Part shown: piece after piece, positions 1 to 10,842 of the stretch
Position numbering within the stretch: the stretch's first letter is position 1
Layout: every line of letters starts with the position of its first letter
From: Candidatus Hodarchaeota archaeon
GTDB taxonomy: Archaea; Asgardarchaeota; Lokiarchaeia; Sigyniarchaeales; SOKP01
Direction: 5' to 3'
DNA length: 64,000 nucleotides
Assembly: GCA_048887225.1 (NCBI GenBank)
Contig: JBHLJY010000001.1
Coordinates: 288,001-352,000, forward strand
Position numbers and translations under genes: made by a program
Notes under the pieces: model-generated
The model's input: only the letters and a program-made list of their open reading frames with translations
Told to the model about the DNA's origin: nothing
Databases searched by the model: none

Positions 1-51
1 CTAATTTTACTCTTTCTACCCATTAATTTTGCGTTAAGTTTAATCCTAGTT

Positions 52-714
52 GTGGTAAATACAGATCTCTTGATATTCTTAAAAGATCTGATAAAAGCTA
101 GAAAAATTTGGAAGTATAAGAGACCTGAATTTGAAATTGAAGTTAAGGGCAAAATAACTTATATTAATATAAAAACTGATGAATATCTTTTCACTCCTGT
201 ACCAATGTTAATTATTGCAAGATATCTTCAGAGTAAAGGATTCTCTATTTCATGGTTTATAAAAGGTGCATTTAATCATTTATTCTCCTTAATTGTTACA
301 TATTTAGCTGGGTGGCCGCGAGCTAGAAATAAATTATTCCGATTTATTGGAATGAAAATAGGAAAAAATTGCCATATTTCTGAAAAAGCAATACCAGACC
401 CCCTTTTACCTGAATTAATTGAATTTGAAGATGGTAGTGGTTGTGGAATTGGTGTGAAATTATTGACTCATAATGCAATGCATATAAAACATGGAAGCTT
501 CAGTTTTGGGCCTATCAAAGTTTGTGAAAATGCGAGAATAGGTGCATACTCTATTATATTACCAGGTGTTAAAATTGGTAAAGGATCGATTATTGGAACA
601 GGATCATTAGTGGCAGATGACATTCCTCCATATTCTATAGCATATGGTTCTCCTGCTAAAGTTGTGCGTCAATTAACTGAATCTGAAAAAGAAGAGGTAA
701 AAAAAAAATTTTAA
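52..714 (+). CDS. Hexapeptide-repeat (left-handed beta-helix) acyltransferase
   Basis: Repeats IGKNCHI, VCENARIGAYSIILPGVKIGKGSIIGTGSLV and C-terminal GSPAKVVR. Confidence 0.85.
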   Translation: MVNTDLLIFLKDLIKARKIWKYKRPEFEIEVKGKITYINIKTDEYLFTPVPMLIIARYLQSKGFSISWFIKGAFNHLFSLIVTYLAGWPRARNKLFRFIGMKIGKNCHISEKAIPDPLLPELIEFEDGSGCGIGVKLLTHNAMHIKHGSFSFGPIKVCENARIGAYSIILPGVKIGKGSIIGTGSLVADDIPPYSIAYGSPAKVVRQLTESEKEEVKKKF

Positions 715-759
715 ATTATTTCATATAACAAGAAATAATTTTATATAATAAAATCATAT

Positions 760-2199
760 TTAGAATCTCTTTTCACTTAGTGAATCCAACATCCTTAACG
801 ATGATCTAAAATCTTTAGCTATATTTTTTAATTTATCACGACGATAACTACTTATTAATGATCTAGCAACTTGCTTGAAAATAAATTTTGGTCTTCCTAA
901 TGAATAAAATTTTTTATAAGTTTTTCTTATCACGTCTATTAGAAAATCCAGATCGATATTATAAAATGGAAGTTCAGGTACTCGAACACCAGTTTCCCAA
1001 TATTTATTTTCATCTATTTTATTTTGTCTTATTAATTCATCCCAGATTTTAATACCTGGAAATACTTCAAATATATGAAACATAGCATAATCAATGTCTA
1101 AACGTAAGGCAGAATTTATAGTTTTTTGTATATCACTAATCTTTTCAATAGGCGCACCAAGAATAAAAGAACCGAATAACATATCAATTCCAGCCTTCCG
1201 AGCTTTTTTTAATGCCAATTTGCACTGAGAGGGTGTTATATTTTTTTGATAATAGTCTAATACTCGTTGACTGCCGCTTTCCATACCGTAAAAAATAGTT
1301 TTGACATGAGCCCTATTCATGTATTCATACATTTCTTTGGTTCCTTCAATTCTAGCTTCACAATGAAAAATCAAATCGATTTTTTCTTTAATAATGTTTT
1401 TACAGATTTTTATTACCCATTTAGGATTTATTGTAAAATTATCATCCATTATCATTATTTCCCGATACTTTTCAGATTCTAAAAGTTGTAGTTCTTGAAT
1501 TATATTCCCCACCGACCTATGTCGCCAACTTTCATGATTGACTGAACAGAATCGACATTGATAAGGACATCCACGGCTCATGATTATTGTTCCAGATTTT
1601 TCACTAGAAATCTCCAAGCCCCCCATCGACATCTTATATTTAGAACCCTTAAGTAATTTACGATCAGGAATTGAAAATTTATCTATGTCTTGTTCTAATT
1701 CACGAGGTGCAGTTGATTTGACAATTCCATTTTCTCTATAAGATATTCCTTTAATATCTTCGTAGCTAGTTTTATTTTTTTGAATCATTGGTAATAACTC
1801 TAGCATTGTATATTCACCCTCGCCTCGGACACAAAAATCTATGAAATCATATTTTTTTAATATCTTTTCAGCACAGACTGTTTGATAATTACCTAAAATT
1901 ATAGTAATATTTGGATTCCATTCTTTAGTTAACTTCGCTACTTTGATTCCAGATAGAAAAGAGCGGGTTAAAACCGAAATACCTAGCACATCAGGGTTCT
2001 GTTTTTTTATCCAATTTAATACTCGAGAAAAGGTATAATCAGTTGCACCATGATCTAATATAGCTACATCATATCCATTCTCCATTAAGACTCCAGCGAT
2101 ATATAATAAACCTAAAGGTTCGGCGAAGCTTGAGAACATAGGGCGAGGGTCTTTTCGGTCCAAATCCATTGGAACTGGAAAAATTAAAGCAATTTTCAT
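760..2199 (-). CDS. B12-binding domain radical SAM protein (class B methylase-like)
   Basis: PLGLLYIAG cobalamin-binding N-terminus, RGEGE, CPYQCRFC motif. Confidence 0.9.
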   Translation of the reverse strand: MKIALIFPVPMDLDRKDPRPMFSSFAEPLGLLYIAGVLMENGYDVAILDHGATDYTFSRVLNWIKKQNPDVLGISVLTRSFLSGIKVAKLTKEWNPNITIILGNYQTVCAEKILKKYDFIDFCVRGEGEYTMLELLPMIQKNKTSYEDIKGISYRENGIVKSTAPRELEQDIDKFSIPDRKLLKGSKYKMSMGGLEISSEKSGTIIMSRGCPYQCRFCSVNHESWRHRSVGNIIQELQLLESEKYREIMIMDDNFTINPKWVIKICKNIIKEKIDLIFHCEARIEGTKEMYEYMNRAHVKTIFYGMESGSQRVLDYYQKNITPSQCKLALKKARKAGIDMLFGSFILGAPIEKISDIQKTINSALRLDIDYAMFHIFEVFPGIKIWDELIRQNKIDENKYWETGVRVPELPFYNIDLDFLIDVIRKTYKKFYSLGRPKFIFKQVARSLISSYRRDKLKNIAKDFRSSLRMLDSLSEKRF

Positions 2200-2271
2200 T
2201 TTTTACTTCGATAAATACATGATCTTTTATTTCTTATCATTATAGCTAGTTCTTGAATTAATTCTATTTTT

Positions 2272-3777
2272 TCAATCTTCATAGGTTCCAAAACCCCTAG
2301 GTTTTGAACTACGAAATGTTGTTATTGCATCCATAGCATTTCTAAAATTTCTCATAATGTTATATGCCATATTAAGCATAAATCTACTTTTTATTGTACG
2401 TAATATCATCTTTAATAGAAATATCTTCTTCCTTTCAAAAGAAAAAAATAATTGATAAGCATTTTGGATTTCAAATAACATTTGTTCTCGTTCTTCTGGA
2501 GATAATAAAAAGTCAATCGCCCTAGTTGTAGTTTCCCATCGCTCAACTTCAAGAATTTCATTACCTACATGAGCTTTTACTTTATCATTTGAATTAATTA
2601 TTTCCTTAGAAATATAATCATCCCATAGTTTTGTTCCTGAGAAAATTTCAACGACATTGAAAAATGGAACATCAATATCAGAACTTACAGCAAAATTTAT
2701 TGTATTTTTAACTTCAGCTATGGTTTCCGTTGGTGCTCCAAGCATAAATAATCCAACAATTAGATCAATATTCGCTTTACGTGTTTTACGAATTGCCTCA
2801 TTGAATTGAGTTACCTTAGTTCTTTTGTTATAAAGATCAAGAATTCGCTGATTTGCACTTTCAAATCCGTACCATATAGATTTGCAACCAGCTTTTCTCA
2901 TCCAATTTAACATATCCTGAGAAGTTTGGTCAACTCGCCCGTCTGTATGCCAATTGATATCAATTTTTTCTTTTTTAATTAATTGACAGATTTTTATAGT
3001 TCTTTTAGGTTGTAAAGTGAAATTATCGTCTACAAAATTTAGTTGTGTATACCCTTGTTCTTCTATTAAAAGCATTTCGTTTACAATGTTCTCAGGACTT
3101 CTTGGTCGAAATCGGCGCTTCGCAAATTTAGTACACGCACAATATGAACAATTAAATGGACACCCTCGAGACGATACGATCGATGTAAGTTTCGATTTTG
3201 AGAACTCAAATCCTGAAAAATTCCATTTATAATCAAAATCTATCAATTTTTTGTCAGGAAAAGGAAGAGCATCCAAATCCGATATTAAAGGAGCATCTGG
3301 AGTTAAGATTGTTTTCTTATTAGAATCTTGAAATGCAAGTCCTTTGATATGATCTGGCGCTTTGCCATCATTTTTATCTAAGAATTCACATAATTCTAAT
3401 AAAGTATATTCACCTTCTCCTCTCACACAATAATCAACATAATCGCCATATTTACGGATTATATTTTCGGCTTCAATAGTAGGATGATAATGTCCTAAAA
3501 TAATTTTTACGTTTGGATTCCAATCTTTAATAATCTTTATGAGATTGATTGTTGGAAGAAAAGCTACTGTAAAGACACTTATACCAATTATATCGGGTCT
3601 TTCTTGTTTAATCCAACTTAATATCTCATTTTTTCCGTAAAATTTTGCTGCCGCATCTAATAATTTAACTTTAAATCCATTTTCTTTGAGTATTGTTCCT
3701 AAATATAGAATTCCTAATGGAGGCCACGGAGAATAGATTTTTGTTTCCAAACTTGGATTTATCAACGCAATTTTCAA
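2272..3777 (-). CDS. B12-binding domain radical SAM protein
   Basis: PPLGILYLG, RGEGE, SRGCPFNCSYC; TTG start. Confidence 0.9.
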   Translation of the reverse strand: MKIALINPSLETKIYSPWPPLGILYLGTILKENGFKVKLLDAAAKFYGKNEILSWIKQERPDIIGISVFTVAFLPTINLIKIIKDWNPNVKIILGHYHPTIEAENIIRKYGDYVDYCVRGEGEYTLLELCEFLDKNDGKAPDHIKGLAFQDSNKKTILTPDAPLISDLDALPFPDKKLIDFDYKWNFSGFEFSKSKLTSIVSSRGCPFNCSYCACTKFAKRRFRPRSPENIVNEMLLIEEQGYTQLNFVDDNFTLQPKRTIKICQLIKKEKIDINWHTDGRVDQTSQDMLNWMRKAGCKSIWYGFESANQRILDLYNKRTKVTQFNEAIRKTRKANIDLIVGLFMLGAPTETIAEVKNTINFAVSSDIDVPFFNVVEIFSGTKLWDDYISKEIINSNDKVKAHVGNEILEVERWETTTRAIDFLLSPEEREQMLFEIQNAYQLFFSFERKKIFLLKMILRTIKSRFMLNMAYNIMRNFRNAMDAITTFRSSKPRGFGTYED

Positions 3778-3805
3778 ATTTACTTTTCACTCTATAAATT
3801 TAAAG

Positions 3806-5251
3806 CTAAAATAAATCAGGTGGATTATTGATTAACTTAACAAATTTATCTATATCATGGAAATTTAGATGATTTAAAAATATTTCTTGGCGATATCTAC
3901 TTATTATTGTTCGTAAAAATGCCTTAATCAAATATTTAGGTCTGAAGAAATTTTTATGGAATTGTTCTTTTATTATTTGATAAATTATATTACGTTTCAT
4001 TTTTGATTCAGGTAAATCAATAAGATCTACGCCTCTTTCCCAATATTTTTCTTCATCAATAATATTTTTTTGAATTAAATTACTGAAAAGTTGGGTTCCA
4101 GGTAACGCTCGAGTAAAAATTATATGAGGAAAATCAATGTCAAGTTTTGAAATAAATTTTAGAGTATTAATAGCTTCATTATAGGTTTCATCAAGTCCAC
4201 CGATCATAAATGAACCAACAATCATCTTAAAACCCGCCTTGCGTGCATTATTTACAGCAATTTCACTCATTTGGGGCGTGATTTTTTTATTATAATAATT
4301 TAACATTCTTTGAGAACTACTTTCTATTCCAAACATTAGGATTTCAAAATTTGCTTTTTTCATAGTTCTCAGCAAATTAATAGAACTATTATTAACTCTT
4401 CCGTCACATATAAATACCATATCCATTTTTTCTTTCTTAATTTTGTCACATAATTCGATTATTCTTTTCGAATTTAATGTAAAATTATCATCAACAAAAA
4501 GTATTTCTTGATAGCCTTGATCTGCTAATTCATATATTTCCTTAAGTATGTTATTTACCGATCGTGTCCTCCACAGACCCTGAGAGAATGCTGTGCAGGC
4601 ACAAAAATTACATGAAAAGGGACATCCGCGTGAAGTAACCAATGTGGTAAATTTTCGATTTGTGACATCAATTCCACCAATTCGATTTTTATAGATACTT
4701 GGAATCATTTTTCGGTCAGGAAAAGGTAATAAATCAAGATTTTTTATAAATTGACGATTCTTATTCTCCTTAATTTTGCCATTATGTTGATATGTTATTC
4801 CTTCGACTTCATCAAGATTTTTGTTCAATTCTATTTTTTCTATAAGTTCTGAGAAAGTTATTTCACCATCCCCTCTCACACAAATATCTACCCAATTATA
4901 GTTATTTAAGATTTTTTTTGCATAGAAAGTCGCAAGATAATTCCCAAAAACGATTTTAAGATTTGGATTCCAAGTTTTTAATGATTTAGATATTAATTTT
5001 GCATTTTCAACAGATGCACATATAATTGAAAAACCTACAACATCTGGGTCTCCTTTTTTAACCCAGTTAATTACATCGCTATTTTCATAATTAATAGCTG
5101 CTTGATCTAAAATAGAAATTTTATGGCCTGAATCTTTCAAATATGTCGCCAGGTATATTAATCCTAAAGGAGGCGCAGAAGCATGAAATAATGTTTCATT
5201 TTGACTATTGGATAATTTTGAAGGTGCAGGATTAATAAGATGAATTTTCAT
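3806..5251 (-). CDS. B12-binding domain radical SAM protein
   Basis: PPLGLIYLA, SRGCPFSCNFC; third tandem paralog. Confidence 0.9.
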   Translation of the reverse strand: MKIHLINPAPSKLSNSQNETLFHASAPPLGLIYLATYLKDSGHKISILDQAAINYENSDVINWVKKGDPDVVGFSIICASVENAKLISKSLKTWNPNLKIVFGNYLATFYAKKILNNYNWVDICVRGDGEITFSELIEKIELNKNLDEVEGITYQHNGKIKENKNRQFIKNLDLLPFPDRKMIPSIYKNRIGGIDVTNRKFTTLVTSRGCPFSCNFCACTAFSQGLWRTRSVNNILKEIYELADQGYQEILFVDDNFTLNSKRIIELCDKIKKEKMDMVFICDGRVNNSSINLLRTMKKANFEILMFGIESSSQRMLNYYNKKITPQMSEIAVNNARKAGFKMIVGSFMIGGLDETYNEAINTLKFISKLDIDFPHIIFTRALPGTQLFSNLIQKNIIDEEKYWERGVDLIDLPESKMKRNIIYQIIKEQFHKNFFRPKYLIKAFLRTIISRYRQEIFLNHLNFHDIDKFVKLINNPPDLF

Positions 5252-5365
5252 TAAAATTTAATTCCTAATTTTTTTACTCTTATTCATTAATTATTTCGTA
5301 TAATAATAACATTACTCAGACTAAAATTTGAGGATTACGGTTTAAAAAATAAAAAACCCTTAAAG

Positions 5366-6715
5366 TTAATTGGTAGATAAAGCTATTATTTCATCTTCTT
5401 GTTTTTCTAACAACATAGGTGTTTTTTCCCAACTTAATTCTTTGGGAAGACTAAACTGACGTAAAAACATATAAAGATGGATATAACCCGATATTAGAAA
5501 GAAAAGTAAAAGACTGTAATGTTTATCACAATATTTTCGTATAGCATTAAACAAAAAGCCAAATTGAAAGATTAAACAGGAAAGGGTCCAACTTAATAAA
5601 TAATACTCTCCAATTATCAAATAAAATATTGCAAATCCAATTACAATAGGAATCCACGTATCAATATTTCCTATGAGCGTCATTGTCATATTTCTTGAAA
5701 TAATTATTGAGTTACCATTCTTTTTTTCGCCTTTCATTGCCATTAACTGTGGCATATCAAAAATATATCCTACTAGCCATCGTGTGCGTTGTTTTGCCAA
5801 AATCTCCCAAGTACTTGGCACATATTCATAAACTTTTGCTTTAGGTGAAAAATAAATTTTTATTCCATCTAAATTTAAAAGCACAGAAAGATAAAGATCT
5901 TCTGTCATTGAAACTTCGTTAAAACCTCCATATTTCCTGAGATATTTCGTATTAACAGCAAAATTTCGTCCATATGAATAGGCAGATAAACCCAATCTAT
6001 TTTTAGTTTCAAATAATATTCCACCACCAGAAACAATAGCATAATCAAGAAAAATTCCCCTAGTCAATTTATTGTTTTTCCAATTCTTAACTAAAACAGG
6101 ACCAATAACCGCATTAATTTCATTGTTTTGAAATGGTGCTATTAAATTCTTTAATGCATCTGGTTCTAGAATACAGCCCGAATCATAAAGGACAACTATA
6201 TCATTTTTTACGTATTTTAGACCATAATTCATGGCTGGAGGCTTTCCTTTTTTAGGAAGATTCTCTGATAAAACTTCTATTTCTAATGTATCATGATTTT
6301 TAGCAAATTTTTGACAAAACTCCGTTGTATCATCTGTAGAACCACTTGTTATTATAATTAATTGGATATTTTCTTTAGGATAATTTGATTTAATAATGGA
6401 ATTTAATGTTCTTTCTAATAGTATTTTTTCATTTTTTGAAGCTATTAATATACTTATTTTTGCATAATAAGGTGTTTTGGTTCGGTAACCCTTTCCAAAT
6501 GATGCAAGGAAATATTTACCATAATAAATAACCAATATCAACAATATGATTAGCCCAATTAATGGAAATATGAACCACCAATAAGTTAATGGATCGGCAA
6601 TGAAGGCGTCAATTGAACTTTTTGTTCTAGATGATAAAAAAGGGGGAAAAAATATGTGTAATAGAACAAAAAATATTACCCATACAAGTCCATATAAAAA
6701 ACTTTTGAAATTTAT
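5366..6715 (-). CDS. Membrane GT2 glycosyltransferase (processive/cellulose-synthase-like); probable ATA start
   Basis: TED and QRTRW motifs. Frame stays open 57 codons upstream of TTG 6544 with two hydrophobic segments, to ATA 6715, which follows a GAGGT site. Confidence 0.8.
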   Translation of the reverse strand: MNFKSFLYGLVWVIFFVLLHIFFPPFLSSRTKSSIDAFIADPLTYWWFIFPLIGLIILLILVIYYGKYFLASFGKGYRTKTPYYAKISILIASKNEKILLERTLNSIIKSNYPKENIQLIIITSGSTDDTTEFCQKFAKNHDTLEIEVLSENLPKKGKPPAMNYGLKYVKNDIVVLYDSGCILEPDALKNLIAPFQNNEINAVIGPVLVKNWKNNKLTRGIFLDYAIVSGGGILFETKNRLGLSAYSYGRNFAVNTKYLRKYGGFNEVSMTEDLYLSVLLNLDGIKIYFSPKAKVYEYVPSTWEILAKQRTRWLVGYIFDMPQLMAMKGEKKNGNSIIISRNMTMTLIGNIDTWIPIVIGFAIFYLIIGEYYLLSWTLSCLIFQFGFLFNAIRKYCDKHYSLLLFFLISGYIHLYMFLRQFSLPKELSWEKTPMLLEKQEDEIIALSTN

Positions 6716-6790
6716 ATTTTAAAACCTCTTTTTTATATTTTATTTGGTTTCGTAATTAATATTTGATAGCAACTCATTTTAAAAATTCGT

Positions 6791-7732
6791 TCATTCTCTA
6801 CTATTCTTATCCATTATCTTTAATTGTTTTAAACTATAGCTAGCTAATTTAATTAATGAATAGACCATAATCAATAATAAACTGATTTGAAAAATTAACA
6901 TGTTCCAAGTTATTGTTCCAGAGTGTGAATAAGTCCATATTTTGGTCACAGAGGGATTGATCCAATTTGTTATTAATACAAAGAAACTCGAAATACCGTA
7001 AATTAGAAAAAATGTAAAGATTACTAATATTCGCGTTATTCTTTCACCCATAAACGGTTTTGTTTCATGCAACCCTAAACCTTCATGTCTTGCTCTCATG
7101 TATTCATAAAGAAAGATTAGAAAAATATTTGTCCAAATCATCCATGTAAAATCAAGTCCATATTCCGATAAAATCAAAAAGTTTCCAGGAATTAAACATA
7201 CCAATATTAATGTATCACTGATCCTGTCAATCACATTATCTAACCAAGCACCTCTTTTAGACTTTATATCCAATAACCTAGCTATTGAACCATCAATCCC
7301 GTCGATGATTCCTGTAATTAATACTAAAAAAGCAAGAGGTATAAACCAAGAGCCATAGAATGGTTGTTGAGAAAATAATTCACGTGTATGACCTTCACCA
7401 GCCATTACTACACCGTAAAAAATGAGAAATGAGAAAATTAAATTTAAATAAGATATCTTATTTGGAGTTAAACCACATTTTATAGAGATTTTTGCACCTT
7501 TATATGTTAGAGTCATATAAATTAATCCACCTGGATCCTTTTTCATTTTTTCAAATTGATCATCTAACTTATGAGCTTGTCCGTGATCTTTAAGCCAATC
7601 CATTATAAATTCATCTAAACTCATAAGTTCTTGTTTTGGACGTTTTTTAAAGAATCCACTAATGAAAATAATTGCAAGAAGCCCGAGTAGCACTAATGGA
7701 AATCCTATTTTAAATATTATTTCTGCCGTCAT
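6791..7732 (-). CDS. CDP-alcohol phosphatidyltransferase family protein
   Basis: DGIDGSIAR...GAWLDNVIDRISD signature. Confidence 0.9.
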   Translation of the reverse strand: MTAEIIFKIGFPLVLLGLLAIIFISGFFKKRPKQELMSLDEFIMDWLKDHGQAHKLDDQFEKMKKDPGGLIYMTLTYKGAKISIKCGLTPNKISYLNLIFSFLIFYGVVMAGEGHTRELFSQQPFYGSWFIPLAFLVLITGIIDGIDGSIARLLDIKSKRGAWLDNVIDRISDTLILVCLIPGNFLILSEYGLDFTWMIWTNIFLIFLYEYMRARHEGLGLHETKPFMGERITRILVIFTFFLIYGISSFFVLITNWINPSVTKIWTYSHSGTITWNMLIFQISLLLIMVYSLIKLASYSLKQLKIMDKNSRE

Positions 7733-8047
7733 ATTGATAATTGAGTTAGAACTGGTAATTTAAACTATTGTTTAAGATATATTTAAAGATTGTGAAATTG
7801 GGCTTTCTTAACTTAATTTTATTGAAAATCTGAAAACTTCTCTTTTTCGTTCACTATCTTTTCCCAAAATAAATTGAATTATAAATTATAACGTAAAAGA
7901 TTCATTTAAATTACCTTCTAAATAAGGTATATCTTTTTATTGAAATTCTAAATCGTTTCGAAATTTTTAAATATAAGTTAATTTTATGTAATTAAAATAA
8001 ACTCTAAGGAGAAATATAAAAAAATATTCAAATAGATCATTTAACAC

Positions 8048-8812
8048 ATGCATAATAGTAAAATACTTGATAAATTTAAGATAATCCCGGGATTGGTCTT
8101 TATTTTTTCATATTTCATAGTTACTTTCATTTACATGTTTATTAGAGATGTTCCTGTTTTATTTTCTTTAATAAACGATTACGTTACTTCTGGCAATTCA
8201 TTTTTTATTCCTACTTTACCTTATCTCAACATATTATGGTTTTTACCTGAAAAATATCAAACAATCCAGTTAAGCCTCGGTCATTTGATAGATTTCTTCA
8301 TTATTAATAACCTTTTTTGTTACGTTAATACTGGTTTTTATCATTATTTTAAAAGGGCATTCTTAAATGGAGAAGATCAAATATTTTTTTATATAGATTT
8401 AAGTATTCTCGGATCTAAAGGAACAGCATATGGATCATCTCAAGATCCAGATATAATATTTAGGTTAAAGGAAGAATCAATAGATTGTTCCGATGATAAA
8501 CTTTTTGGCATTAATATTGAAAGAAATTGTAAATTGATTCAAAGAAACGATAATTCTTATAACCATTTAAGAAGAAAAAGTTATGAAAATAATATCATTC
8601 AAAATAGAATATATTACATAAAATCCAATGTTACTATTTATAATCGCTATAACAATCTTCGAGTTTCTTGTGATCATTCTGTTTTTGAAAGATTTTGGAT
8701 TTTTTATTTAAAAAATTATTATCCTTATCCCAAAATTAATAACTTTACTGATTCTAATGACAATATCCTGGGGAAGGAGGACAAAAATGATAAAATTTGT
8801 TATTACCTATGA
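8048..8812 (+). CDS. Hypothetical membrane protein, possibly a decayed or frameshifted gene
   Basis: 254-aa ORF with a hydrophobic N-terminus. Other frames contain TM-like segments (ISSLLITFFVTLILVFIIIL; LLFIIAITIFEFLVIILFL). Confidence 0.35.
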   Translation: MHNSKILDKFKIIPGLVFIFSYFIVTFIYMFIRDVPVLFSLINDYVTSGNSFFIPTLPYLNILWFLPEKYQTIQLSLGHLIDFFIINNLFCYVNTGFYHYFKRAFLNGEDQIFFYIDLSILGSKGTAYGSSQDPDIIFRLKEESIDCSDDKLFGINIERNCKLIQRNDNSYNHLRRKSYENNIIQNRIYYIKSNVTIYNRYNNLRVSCDHSVFERFWIFYLKNYYPYPKINNFTDSNDNILGKEDKNDKICYYL

Positions 8813-8896
8813 TTTTAATATAATTTTGCTATTTAAACTTAAAAATGATTTACTTTTAGAAAAAAGAGGGTAAAAAAATTAAATTAAGGTGTAAAA

Positions 8897-9376
8897 ATGG
8901 AATGGGAGAAAGAAATTAAAGACATATTTGAAAAAATCATAGATCAGGCTATTAAAATAAATAATAAAAAGGAGGTGAAAATTGATATGGAGACAAAAGA
9001 AGAATGGGAAGCGTATCTTACACGTTTTATGAAGGCTTATAATGAGTTAGATGACATAACATCATTATTAGAGCCCGTTGCGCCACTACTTTTTCAATAT
9101 GACATAAGTGATAGACCAGAAATGAACTTTTGGCAATTTTTTGAAAATGATAAGATGAATTGGGGAATGGGGGAATATTCCAGGACTAATGCTCCAAAAA
9201 TCATACACAAAACAGATTTTGAAACTGTTAAAGGTGTACTCAATGGTAAATCTGATCCCATCCAAGCAACCATGGCTGGAACATATATTGTCGAAGGTGA
9301 CATGACTAAGCTCATGGCTTGTGCACCGTTATTGCCGCTTAATGCTAAAGCTCATAATAAAATTACCCAAGGATGA
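8897..9376 (+). CDS. SCP2 sterol/lipid-carrier domain protein (alternative start ATG 8987)
   Basis: C-terminal LNGKSDPIQATMAGTYIVEGDM SCP2 motif; GGAGGTGA site before ATG 8987. Confidence 0.8.
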   Translation: MEWEKEIKDIFEKIIDQAIKINNKKEVKIDMETKEEWEAYLTRFMKAYNELDDITSLLEPVAPLLFQYDISDRPEMNFWQFFENDKMNWGMGEYSRTNAPKIIHKTDFETVKGVLNGKSDPIQATMAGTYIVEGDMTKLMACAPLLPLNAKAHNKITQG

Positions 9377-9398
9377 AGATATAAAGAGGTGATAATAT

Positions 9399-10799
9399 AT
9401 TCAATTAAATGTTGCTACGAATTGGGACTTTAAACTTATAGGTGAATTGGCTAAATATCCTGTTAAAGATATTTACGGCGTAGGGAATTTCTCGATCGTG
9501 GGCCATGGGCGCCCTTCATTTTTACTAAAAGAAGTTTCGGAAGAAGAAATAGCTGAGTATATCAAAAAAGTTCACGAGAATAAAATGGAATTCTCCTATT
9601 GTTTAAATGCACCGTGTATGGATAATAAGGAATATGATGCTGGATATCATAGAAAGTTGATAAGTCATCTTCAATGGATAAGCGATATTGGATCAGATAA
9701 TATAATTGTTACTATTCCATTTTTAATACAGATCATTAAAGAACAATTTCCCAACTTGAAAATTCGGGTTTCTACTGTTGCTCATGTTAACAGTGTGAAT
9801 CGAGCTAAATTTTATGAAATGCTTGGGGCAAGCGAAATAACTCCGAGCATAATGATAAACCGTGATTTCAAGACATTGAAGAAAATTCAAAATGCAGTAA
9901 AGTGTAAAATTGTTCCACTTTTAACCGATGGATGTTTATATCAATGTCCCTTTAGATATTATCATTATAATATTTTAGGACATTCTTCTCAAGTTTTTAA
10001 CGAACTTGGGGGCATTTATATAGATTCTTGTATAGTCAATTGCAGTGCCATTAAATTTTCAAATCCGACAGAAGTAATTAAATGTCGGTGGATTCGTCCC
10101 GAGGATTTAAAGCATTATGAAGCTATTGGAATTGATACATTTAAAATAGCTGGACGCCGCATGCCCACTGAATGGATTGTTCGGTCTGTTAAGGCATTTT
10201 CTTCCCGTAAATATGAAGGTAACCTTGTTGACATTATTCAAGGTTTTTCAATGTCTATTGGAGTAGAGAAAGATCCCCATGATAAATTTGTTGAAACGTT
10301 TGTAGAAGAACCAAAATCGAAATTAATAATAGATAATACAAAACTCGATGGGTTTATAGATTTCTTCAAAAAACAAGACTGTATCTCAATGTGTGATGAA
10401 TGTAATTATTGTGAACAATGGGCGAAAAAAGCTGTTATCCTTGATAAAGAGGAAGCTCCGAGATATGTCGAATCTTTAAAGGATTATATTGATGATCTCA
10501 TTAACAGTCGTGAATTTGGAGTTGAAAATGCCAAACCTAAAGAAAAGATTAAAAAAGAATTAGATTGGAATGCCGAAACTGAGAGAATTTTTGACGAATT
10601 AATAAAATTATCACCCCCTCAGTTTCAATCAATAGCGAGGATGACAATTTCCTCTCTTGCGGAAGAGAAAGCAAAAAATAGAGTTTCACAAATTATTGAG
10701 AACCAAGATATTGTTGGTGCATTTATAGAAGGGACTCCAGGACCATTTCAAGACGATATGAGAGAAGGTCTCAAAAAACACGGACTTTTGAACGAATAA
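9399..10799 (+). CDS. Peptidase U32 family (Fe-S hydroxylase-like) protein with C-terminal DUF2621/PCP_red-like domain; probable ATT start
   Basis: N-terminus (I)QLNVATNWD, YCLNAPC, GCLYQCP, WIRPEDL, FKIAGR; GAGGTGA 6 nt before ATT, with an in-frame TAA just upstream. Confidence 0.85.
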   Translation: MQLNVATNWDFKLIGELAKYPVKDIYGVGNFSIVGHGRPSFLLKEVSEEEIAEYIKKVHENKMEFSYCLNAPCMDNKEYDAGYHRKLISHLQWISDIGSDNIIVTIPFLIQIIKEQFPNLKIRVSTVAHVNSVNRAKFYEMLGASEITPSIMINRDFKTLKKIQNAVKCKIVPLLTDGCLYQCPFRYYHYNILGHSSQVFNELGGIYIDSCIVNCSAIKFSNPTEVIKCRWIRPEDLKHYEAIGIDTFKIAGRRMPTEWIVRSVKAFSSRKYEGNLVDIIQGFSMSIGVEKDPHDKFVETFVEEPKSKLIIDNTKLDGFIDFFKKQDCISMCDECNYCEQWAKKAVILDKEEAPRYVESLKDYIDDLINSREFGVENAKPKEKIKKELDWNAETERIFDELIKLSPPQFQSIARMTISSLAEEKAKNRVSQIIENQDIVGAFIEGTPGPFQDDMREGLKKHGLLNE

Positions 10800-10842
10800 T
10801 TGGAAATAATTTAAGGTAAGAATATAGTTATAAATTGGAGAT

